32,000 bases of DNA from Mycolicibacterium smegmatis (GTDB taxonomy: Bacteria; Actinomycetota; Actinomycetes; Mycobacteriales; Mycobacteriaceae). Location of the stretch: NCBI RefSeq assembly GCF_001457595.1, contig NZ_LN831039.1, forward strand, positions 870,001 through 902,000. Direction: 5' to 3'. The stretch's first letter is position 1. The number at the start of each line of letters is the position of its first letter. The translations under genes were made by a program, and so were the position numbers. Positions 17,809 through 24,698 of the stretch are shown here, piece by piece. Below the pieces are notes generated by a model. That model was not told the origin of the DNA, did not search any database, and saw nothing but the letters and a program-made list of their open reading frames with translations.

Positions 17809-19384
17809 GGTTCAGCGTCGCCTCTTCCAGATCGAGCCCATGGAGCACGGTACGTAACACTTCGTCATCGATATGGCCGGCGTCACACTCGGCGATGAAC
17901 GTCTCCCGTTCGGCGGCAAGCATTTCCAACCGCAACCGGCGGAAGGCCGAGGTCGGGCTCTCGCCGATGTCCTCCTCGTCGCGCCCCAGCCGTTCCCACG
18001 CGGCGTTGCGGCGGCGCGTGTTCCAGGCGCGCAACACATCGGCGGCGCGGTGCGATACCTCCGCGCTCGCAGGCTGTTCGGCGAGCAGCGCGTCGAGCCG
18101 TTCGGCGGCGGCCCTGGCCGCCTTGTCCTGCGCGGCGGCGGTGGCGATCGCGTCGCTGTGCGCCTCGTCGCCCTCGGCGCCGAGCACCCGGATGAACCAC
18201 GGCAGGGTCAGCCCGTGGAGCAGCAACGTGCCCACCACGACGACGAACGTGAGGAAGCACAGTTGTGCCCGCCCCGGAAACTGTTCTCCCGAAAGGGTGA
18301 TCAACGGGATACCGAACGCAGCAGCCAGCGACACGACACCCCTCATACCCGCCCACGACAGGATGAACACCTGTGCGTGCGACGGCGGCGGCTCGTGGTT
18401 CTTGGTGAAAAGCCGCCCGAGGTAGGTGCATCCGTACACCCAGACGATGCGTACCCCGATGACCGCGGCGAGCACGGCCGCCGACGAGATCGCCAAAGTA
18501 GCGGCCGAGATGCCCGCGAGTTCGCCGACGACGGCGGGCAACTGAAGACCGATGAGCAGGAACGCGAAGGACTCCAGCACCAATTGCAGCGCCTTCCACA
18601 CGGCCTTGTCCTGCAGGCGTGTGGCGTAGCTCGCCTGGGTTTCGCGCTGCCCGAGCAGCAGGGCCGCCACGACCACCGCGATGACGCCCGAGCCGTGGGC
18701 CTCCTCGGCGATCAGATAGATCGAGAACGGGGCCACCAAACCGATCGCGCTCTCCACCAGCGGGTCGTCCAGGCGCGTGCGGACGTAGTGGACCAGCATG
18801 CCGAGCACCAGGCCGACCACCAGGCCCCCGACGGCGGCGAGCGCGAAGGTGCCCAGCGCGGTGCCCCAGCTCGTGGCGGCGCCGATCGCGGCCGCGAGGG
18901 CGACCTTGTAGGCCGTCAGCGCGGTGGCGTCGTTGAGCAGGCTCTCGCCGCCCAACAGGGTCATGGTGCGACGCGGCAGGCCCAGCCGCCGGCCGACCGC
19001 CGTGGCCGACACAGCGTCGGGCGGCGCGACGATCGCGCCGAGGGTGAGCGCTGCGGCCAGGGTCAGTTCCGGCACCGTGTGGTAGGCCACGATGCCGACG
19101 ACGAAGGTCGTCACCAACGGGAGCCCGACCGCCAGCAGGCCGATCGACCGCATGTTGCGCCGCAGCGCGACGTAACTGCTCTCCATGCCCGCAGACCACA
19201 GCAGGGGCGGCAGGATCACGAACAACACCAGGTCGGGGTCGAGCGCGACGTCGCCGAACCCGGGCAGCGTGCTACCCGCGAGACCCGCGACCACCAGCAC
19301 CAATGGTGCCGATACGTCGAACCGGCGGGCGACCGCGGCCACCAGCACCGCCACCACCAGGGCCGCCAGCAATGAGGCACCCAC
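17801..19384 (-). CDS. CPA1-family Na+/H+ antiporter with a C-terminal cytoplasmic domain
   Basis: 527 aa, polytopic, with an NhaP-type pattern. AAGGAGG lies 8 nt upstream of GTG 19384. Confidence 0.88.
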   Translation of the reverse strand: MGASLLAALVVAVLVAAVARRFDVSAPLVLVVAGLAGSTLPGFGDVALDPDLVLFVILPPLLWSAGMESSYVALRRNMRSIGLLAVGLPLVTTFVVGIVAYHTVPELTLAAALTLGAIVAPPDAVSATAVGRRLGLPRRTMTLLGGESLLNDATALTAYKVALAAAIGAATSWGTALGTFALAAVGGLVVGLVLGMLVHYVRTRLDDPLVESAIGLVAPFSIYLIAEEAHGSGVIAVVVAALLLGQRETQASYATRLQDKAVWKALQLVLESFAFLLIGLQLPAVVGELAGISAATLAISSAAVLAAVIGVRIVWVYGCTYLGRLFTKNHEPPPSHAQVFILSWAGMRGVVSLAAAFGIPLITLSGEQFPGRAQLCFLTFVVVVGTLLLHGLTLPWFIRVLGAEGDEAHSDAIATAAAQDKAARAAAERLDALLAEQPASAEVSHRAADVLRAWNTRRRNAAWERLGRDEEDIGESPTSAFRRLRLEMLAAERETFIAECDAGHIDDEVLRTVLHGLDLEEATLNRD

Positions 19385-19415
19385 GTCGTCCGACCTCCTT
19401 AACCCAGCTGTTCCT

Positions 19416-19421
19416 TATCCT
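19416..19421 (+). promoter_or_regulatory. Candidate -10 hexamer (TATCCT) for the zf-UBP gene
   Basis: TATCCT, 7 nt, ATG 19429. There is no SD. Confidence 0.3.
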
Positions 19422-19428
19422 TGGTCAA

Positions 19429-19731
19429 ATGTTGAGGAGATCACGCCGACGTGAGTCGCGCCCGACGCCTCGAACCTGTGAACACCTCACGGCCGACATC
19501 GCCGAGCCGCGACCGCAGACACCTGGCTACTGCCAGGACTGTGCAGAACTAGGTGAGCGTACTTGGGCTCATCTGCGGATGTGTATGACGTGCGGCCACG
19601 TCGCGTGCTGTGACTCCAGTCCCCACCAACACGCGACCAAGCACTTTCATTCGACGGGCCACCCCGTCATGCGCTCGGCCGAACCGGGTGAGAGCTGGCG
19701 TTGGTGCTACATCGACCATCGGGTCGGTTGA
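19429..19731 (+). CDS. UBP-type zinc-finger protein
   Basis: 100 aa with Cys/His spacing typical of zf-UBP (CQDC..., CMTCGHVACCDSSPHQHATKHFHSTGHP). Confidence 0.75.
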   Translation: MLRRSRRRESRPTPRTCEHLTADIAEPRPQTPGYCQDCAELGERTWAHLRMCMTCGHVACCDSSPHQHATKHFHSTGHPVMRSAEPGESWRWCYIDHRVG

Positions 19732-19754
19732 GCATCTGGCAGGCTGGACGTGCG

Positions 19755-21155
19755 ATGAGTGAATCGATTGAGGGTGCGTTGACCGACGATGCCGCTGCCG
19801 ACGAGTCCGCCGGCGCCGGTCCCGATGACACCGATGTGACCGACGATTCGGTGGCCGATACGGCCCCGGAGGACACTGCGCCGGACCCTGACGACACGGA
19901 ACCCGGGGACCGGGCGGCCGCCGACCAGGAGACCGACACCGACCCGGAGCCGCAACCTGTCGTCGGCCCCGACGCTGCCGACCATCGCCCGACCGTGATG
20001 CTGCTGGGCGGCGGTGCGCTGAGCCGGGAGCTCGCGCTGGCATTCCAGAACCTCGGCGGTGTGGTGGTGGCTGTCGACCGCTATGACGCGCCCGCCCACG
20101 GCGTCGCCGACCGCACCGCGGTGGTCGACCTGAACGACGCCGACGAACTCAGCGCCGTCATCGCGCGTGAGAAACCGCAGTACGTGGTTGCTGCCGAGTC
20201 CGGCGTCATCGCCGCCGACGCGCTGATCGCGGCGGCCGAACGCGGCGACAGCGAGGTGCTGCCCACGCCGCGCAGCATCCGCCTGAGCCAGAACCGTGAG
20301 GGCCTGCGCCGGCTGGCGTCCGACGAACTGGGTCTGCCCACCGTGCCGTTCTGGTTCGCCGGCTCCGTCGAGGAGCTGACGGCCGTGGCCGAGCACGCCG
20401 GGTATCCGCTGGTGGTCAAGCCGGTCACCGGCTCGCTGCGCGACGGCCAGTCCGTGCTGCTGCGGCCCGACGACATCGAGCCCGCGTGGAAGCGCGCGAC
20501 CACGGCCGGGCACTTCGCGCACAGCCGCGTGCTGGCCGAATCGGTGGTCGAGGTGGACTTCGAGGTCACCATGCTGACCATCCGCACCACGGGCCCGACC
20601 GGGCCGGGTGTGCAGTTCTGTGAGCCGATCGGGCACCGCCGCTCGGACAACGGCGTGCTGGAGTCCTGGCAGCCACAGCAGATGCCGCCCGCGGCCCTGG
20701 ACTCGGCCAAGTCGATCGCGGCGCGCATCGTCAACTCCCTGGGTGGACGCGGCGTCTTCGGCGTCGAACTGCTGGTGCAGGGCGAGGACGTCTACTTCTC
20801 CGATGTGCGGGTCCGGCCGCACGACAGCGGACTGGTGACGCTGCGCTCGCAGCGGCTCAGCGAGTTCGAACTGCACGCCAGGGCCATCCTCGGACTGGCG
20901 TGCGACACGATCATGATCTCGCCGGGTGCCGCCGAGGTCACCTACGCCGGTGCCGAGGCGGCGCCGTCGGTCGATGTCACCGCCGTGCTCGGCGAGGCGC
21001 TCGCCACCTCCGAGAGCGATGTACGCCTGTTCGGCCGCGCCGAGGAGTCCGACGACGGTCGCCGTCTGGGGGTGGCGCTGGCCACCGCACCGGATGTGAT
21101 CGTCGCGCGCGACCGGGCCCGCCGGGTGGGCACCGCCCTGCGCAGGCTCTGGTGA
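19755..21155 (+). CDS. purT: Formate-dependent GAR transformylase (PurT-type ATP-grasp) with an acidic N-terminal extension
   Basis: The core from ..VMLLGGG.. to the end is collinear with PurT (..ESWQPQQM.., ..RPHDSG.., ..RRLGVALA..). The first ATG in frame is 19755, giving about 80 extra Asp/Glu/Thr/Pro-rich residues. The true start is uncertain. Confidence 0.85.
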   Translation: MSESIEGALTDDAAADESAGAGPDDTDVTDDSVADTAPEDTAPDPDDTEPGDRAAADQETDTDPEPQPVVGPDAADHRPTVMLLGGGALSRELALAFQNLGGVVVAVDRYDAPAHGVADRTAVVDLNDADELSAVIAREKPQYVVAAESGVIAADALIAAAERGDSEVLPTPRSIRLSQNREGLRRLASDELGLPTVPFWFAGSVEELTAVAEHAGYPLVVKPVTGSLRDGQSVLLRPDDIEPAWKRATTAGHFAHSRVLAESVVEVDFEVTMLTIRTTGPTGPGVQFCEPIGHRRSDNGVLESWQPQQMPPAALDSAKSIAARIVNSLGGRGVFGVELLVQGEDVYFSDVRVRPHDSGLVTLRSQRLSEFELHARAILGLACDTIMISPGAAEVTYAGAEAAPSVDVTAVLGEALATSESDVRLFGRAEESDDGRRLGVALATAPDVIVARDRARRVGTALRRLW

Positions 21156-21158
21156 GCC

Positions 21159-21644
21159 ATGGCTGACAACACCAGGAACTCCGAGGACCCGGGGGACCCG
21201 CAGCCCGCGCCCGACCGGCCCACCGCGGCGCCGTTCCTGACCGCGCTCGTGGTCATTGTGCTCGTCGTGATCGGTGTGTTCTTGGTCAATGCGTTCAGCG
21301 GCGGCGACGGGCTGTCCGAGGAGGAACGCGTGGGCCGCGCGGCGGTCGGGCAGAACGACGCCATGCAGCGCGAGGACTACTCCGCGTTCGCCGGGTACAC
21401 GTGCGCCGACCAGCGTGGCAATGAGGCCGAGTTCCTTGCCCGGCAACGTGATTCGGTGCAGGATCAGGGTCCCAGGTACGTCGACGACGTGACCGGTGTG
21501 CGCATCGACGGTGACCGCGCCACCGCCACTGTGGTGTACCACTACGAGAAGGCCCCGGACGACAAGATCGACGTCGAGACCACGTTTGTGCGCGAGGACG
21601 GCGAATGGCGGGTCTGCACGAGTATGGGAGACTCACGCCCGTGA
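21159..21644 (+). CDS. Rv0361-type single-pass membrane protein, second paralogue
   Basis: 161 aa with the TM FLTALVVIVLVVIGVFLV and a C-terminal domain carrying ..YTCADQ.. and ..GEWRVCTS, aligning with 8105-8905. It starts 3 nt after the purT stop. Confidence 0.7.
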   Translation: MADNTRNSEDPGDPQPAPDRPTAAPFLTALVVIVLVVIGVFLVNAFSGGDGLSEEERVGRAAVGQNDAMQREDYSAFAGYTCADQRGNEAEFLARQRDSVQDQGPRYVDDVTGVRIDGDRATATVVYHYEKAPDDKIDVETTFVREDGEWRVCTSMGDSRP

Positions 21645-22051
21645 GCTATGCAGGGGATATCACGCCTGAGGAGGCCTGGAAACTTCTGAGCGAGAACTCC
21701 GAGGCCGTGCTGGTGGACTGTCGCACCGACGCCGAATGGCGGTTCGTCGGCGTGCCCGACCTGTCCTCGTTGCAGCGTGACGTCGTTTACATCGAGTGGA
21801 ACCGGTCCGACGGCACCCACAACGACGGTTTCGTCGAGGACCTCAAGGCCGCGGGTGTCAGCGGGGAACGCCCCGTGGTGTTCCTGTGCCGCTCGGGCAA
21901 CCGGTCCATCGGCGCCGCCGAGGCCGCGACCGCCGCGGGCATCGGCCCGTCCTACAACATCCTCGACGGGTTCGAGGGCCACCTCGACGAGAACCGGCAC
22001 CGCGGTGGCTCCGGATGGAAGGCCGTCGGCCTTCCGTGGAAGCAGAGCTAG
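21641..22051 (+). CDS. Single-domain rhodanese (sulfurtransferase)
   Basis: The active-site loop is CRSGNRS. GTG 21641 overlaps the upstream stop (GTGA) and gives MSYAGDITPEE... The track start at 21605 lies inside the previous gene. Confidence 0.85.
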   Translation: MSYAGDITPEEAWKLLSENSEAVLVDCRTDAEWRFVGVPDLSSLQRDVVYIEWNRSDGTHNDGFVEDLKAAGVSGERPVVFLCRSGNRSIGAAEAATAAGIGPSYNILDGFEGHLDENRHRGGSGWKAVGLPWKQS

Positions 22052-22060
22052 GGGACGGTC

Positions 22061-23278
22061 ATGACCGACGACATCCCATCCGTTCGCATCCCGGCGCCCC
22101 TGCCCGACGGCGTGAGCCAGGCGACCATCGGCGTGCGCGGCGGCCTGCTGCGTTCGGGTTTCGAAGAGACCGCCGAGGCGATGTATCTGACGTCGGGTTA
22201 CGTCTACGAGACCGCCGCGGCCGCCGAGAAGGCGTTCACCGGCGACATCGACCGCTACGTGTACTCGCGTTACGGCAACCCGACGATATCGATGTTCGAG
22301 GAGCGGTTGCGGCTCATCGAGGGCGCGCCCGCGTGTTTCGCGACCGCCACCGGCATGGCCGCGGTGTTCACCGCGCTCGGGGCGCTGCTGGGGGCGGGGG
22401 ACCGGTTGGTCGCCGCGCGCAGCCTGTTCGGATCGTGTTTCGTGGTGTGCAACGAGATCCTGCCGCGCTGGGGGGTCGAGACCGTGTTCGTCGACGGCGA
22501 CGATCTCTCGCAGTGGGAGGAAGCCCTTTCGGTGCCCACGACGGCGGTGTTCTTCGAGACGCCGTCGAACCCCATGCAGTCGCTGGTCGACATCGCCGCG
22601 GTATCGGAGATGGCCCACGCCGCAGGTGCGAAAGTGGTGCTGGACAATGTGTTCGCCACACCGCTGCTGCAGCAGGGCATCCCGATGGGCGCCGATGTGG
22701 TGGTGTACTCGGGCACCAAGCACATCGACGGCCAGGGCCGTGTGCTCGGCGGGGCCATCCTCGGTGATCAGGAGTACATCGACGGCCCGGTGCAGAAGCT
22801 CATGCGCCACACCGGCCCCGCGATCAGCGCGTTCAACGCCTGGGTGCTGCTGAAAGGTCTTGAGACGCTTGCGGTCCGGGTGGACTATTCCAACCGGTCG
22901 GCACAGCGGGTCGCCGAGTTCCTGGAAGGCCACCCGGCCGTGCGCTGGGTGAAATACCCGTTCCTCCAGTCGCATCCGCAGTACGAGCTGGCCAAGCGGC
23001 AGATGCGCGGCGGTGGCACCGTGGTGACCTTCGAACTCGACGGCGACGACGGCAAGGCCCGCGCGTTCGAGGTGCTCGACAAGCTGCGCGTCATCGACAT
23101 CTCCAACAACCTGGGTGACGCCAAATCGCTGATCACGCACCCCGCCACCACGACCCACCGGGCCATGGGCCCGGAGGGCCGCGCCGCGATCGGCCTGGGA
23201 GACGGTGTCGTGCGCATCTCGATCGGCCTGGAGGGCACCGAGGACCTGATCGCCGACCTCGACCAGGCGCTGAGCTGA
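22061..23278 (+). CDS. metZ: O-succinylhomoserine sulfhydrylase (Cys/Met-metabolism PLP enzyme)
   Basis: 405 aa with the PLP-lysine motif YSGTKHIDGQG and a MetZ-like N-terminus. It sits 9 nt after the rhodanese stop. Confidence 0.92.
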   Translation: MTDDIPSVRIPAPLPDGVSQATIGVRGGLLRSGFEETAEAMYLTSGYVYETAAAAEKAFTGDIDRYVYSRYGNPTISMFEERLRLIEGAPACFATATGMAAVFTALGALLGAGDRLVAARSLFGSCFVVCNEILPRWGVETVFVDGDDLSQWEEALSVPTTAVFFETPSNPMQSLVDIAAVSEMAHAAGAKVVLDNVFATPLLQQGIPMGADVVVYSGTKHIDGQGRVLGGAILGDQEYIDGPVQKLMRHTGPAISAFNAWVLLKGLETLAVRVDYSNRSAQRVAEFLEGHPAVRWVKYPFLQSHPQYELAKRQMRGGGTVVTFELDGDDGKARAFEVLDKLRVIDISNNLGDAKSLITHPATTTHRAMGPEGRAAIGLGDGVVRISIGLEGTEDLIADLDQALS

Positions 23279-23281
23279 GCC

Positions 23282-23689
23282 GTGTCGAAGAAGAGCGACG
23301 CCAAGAAGGCGCGGCGTAAGAAGCGGCAGGCCGCGCGTGATTCGCGGTGGGTGCCGCACGAGGTCATCGAGCAGTTGCAGGCCGTGCAGGAGGGTGTCGT
23401 CGCCGATCTCGCCGAGTTCGACGAACGGATCACCGAGCGCGGCTGGGCTTTCGACGAGGACGAGTCGGACGACCACTACGCGATCTGGTACTACGAGCCG
23501 TCCGCACATGAGGTCTCCGACGGTGTGCCCGTCACCGGGATCTGGCTGGACGCCGAAGAGGACGGCGAGATCGTCCATGTGACGTTCGTCGGCACCGAGG
23601 AGCATTTCGGGTTCACCCACGCTCAGCTCTTCGAGCATCTCGACCAGATCGAGGCGTATCGCGCGGGTGATCCGCTACCGCGGTTCTAG
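23282..23689 (+). CDS. Hypothetical protein with a basic N-tail and acidic body
   Basis: 135 aa starting at GTG, 3 nt after the metZ stop. The N-terminus is MSKKSDAKKARRKKRQAARD and the rest is Asp/Glu-rich. I recognise no family. Confidence 0.6.
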   Translation: MSKKSDAKKARRKKRQAARDSRWVPHEVIEQLQAVQEGVVADLAEFDERITERGWAFDEDESDDHYAIWYYEPSAHEVSDGVPVTGIWLDAEEDGEIVHVTFVGTEEHFGFTHAQLFEHLDQIEAYRAGDPLPRF

Positions 23690-23693
23690 ACGC

Positions 23694-23750
23694 CGAAACC
23701 GACGAAATTGCCGTTGCGCGTTGCGTTTTGCGGCAATTTCGTCGGTTTCG
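23694..23750. terminator. Perfect 20-bp inverted repeat hairpin between convergent genes (bidirectional terminator candidate)
   Basis: CGAAACCGACGAAATTGCCG (23694-23713) pairs perfectly with CGGCAATTTCGTCGGTTTCG (23731-23750) across a 17-nt loop. No U-tract follows on either strand. Confidence 0.6.
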
Positions 23751-23758
23751 CGTAGGAG

Positions 23759-24619
23759 CTACTTCTTTTCCGACTCGACGACACCCAGGGCGGCCTGGGC
23801 GCGGTCCTCGTAGGCCTTGCGCTTGGCGGTGTCGAACTCGAGGAACACATTGTCCAGGCCCAGCTTCTTGTTGAGCCAGCGACGTCCCTTGGGTGGCAAC
23901 ATCTGCGCGGCCTGCGCGGTGAACCGCAGCGGCGGCGGCACCGACACGTGGGTCTTGGGCTTGTTGAGCGTCTTGACGATGGCCGCCGCGATCTCCTCGG
24001 GTTCCACGGGCTTGATGGCCCCGCCGGACTTGGTGCCCGAGATCAGGTCGGTGTTGGTGAACGGCGGCATGATCACCGAGACGTCGACACCGTACGGGGC
24101 CATCTCGTCGGCCAGCGCCGTGGACAGCCCGACGACGGCGTACTTGGCGCCGACGTAGACCACCTGACCGGGCAGCGGGATGACACCCGACAGCGACGCG
24201 ATGTTGATGATGTGGCCGCGACGGCGCTTGACCATGTCCGGCAGGGCCAGCTGGCAGCCGGTGAGCACGCCGTACACGTTGACCTCGATGTTGGAGCGGA
24301 TCGACTGCTCGCTCTGCTCCAGGAACGGGCCGACCGGCATGACACCGGCGTTGTTGATCAGCACGTCGATGTGGCCGCCGCCGTCGGTGCGCGCCTTGTC
24401 CAGGAACGTCGCGAACGACTCGCGGTCGGTCACGTCCAGCGGATAGCCCGACACCTGGCCGAGCTTGCTCAGCTCGACGACCGCGGACTCCTGAAGTGCC
24501 ACGTCACGATCGCCGATGACGACGCGGGCGCCGTGGGCCAGCAGTGCCTTGGCGGTGGCATAACCGATACCGCGAGCGGCGCCGGTGATCGCGATGGTCT
24601 TGCCCCTGATGTTGTCCAT
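23759..24619 (-). CDS. Classical short-chain dehydrogenase/reductase
   Basis: TGAARGIG cofactor motif and YVGAK (YxxxK). ATG 24619 gives MDNIRGKTIAITG... The track start at 24697 adds an unlikely 26 aa. Confidence 0.88.
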   Translation of the reverse strand: MDNIRGKTIAITGAARGIGYATAKALLAHGARVVIGDRDVALQESAVVELSKLGQVSGYPLDVTDRESFATFLDKARTDGGGHIDVLINNAGVMPVGPFLEQSEQSIRSNIEVNVYGVLTGCQLALPDMVKRRRGHIINIASLSGVIPLPGQVVYVGAKYAVVGLSTALADEMAPYGVDVSVIMPPFTNTDLISGTKSGGAIKPVEPEEIAAAIVKTLNKPKTHVSVPPPLRFTAQAAQMLPPKGRRWLNKKLGLDNVFLEFDTAKRKAYEDRAQAALGVVESEKK

Positions 24620-24627
24620 GGCGCCGA

Positions 24628-24633
24628 ACTTTA
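24628..24633 (-). promoter_or_regulatory. Candidate -10 hexamer (TAAAGT) for the SDR gene, abutting an ACACGTGT palindrome
   Basis: Minus strand reads TTGACACGTGTAAAGT, 8 nt, ATG 24619. There is no SD. Confidence 0.3.
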
Positions 24634-24698
24634 CACGTGTCAAGTTTGAGTGGGAAGGGGTGGTTGAGTCGTGGATCACTCCGCGCTGAAGGCTCATC

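Noticed and set aside
21542-23638. A very long (698 aa) ORF on the minus strand antisense to rhodanese, metZ and the downstream gene. Similar long antisense or out-of-frame ORFs occur at 19707-21542(-), 17873-19375(+), 17883-19199(-), 1066-2502(-), 3326-4645(-), 3799-5172(-), 4998-6101(-), 6950-8041(-), 10797-11987(-), 26394-27641(-) and 29434-30738(-).
   Set aside because: Their translations are Arg/Gly/Pro/Ala-rich low-complexity strings with no recognisable motifs. Each lies opposite or out of frame to a gene with clear family signatures. Long stop-free alternative frames are expected in DNA this GC-rich.
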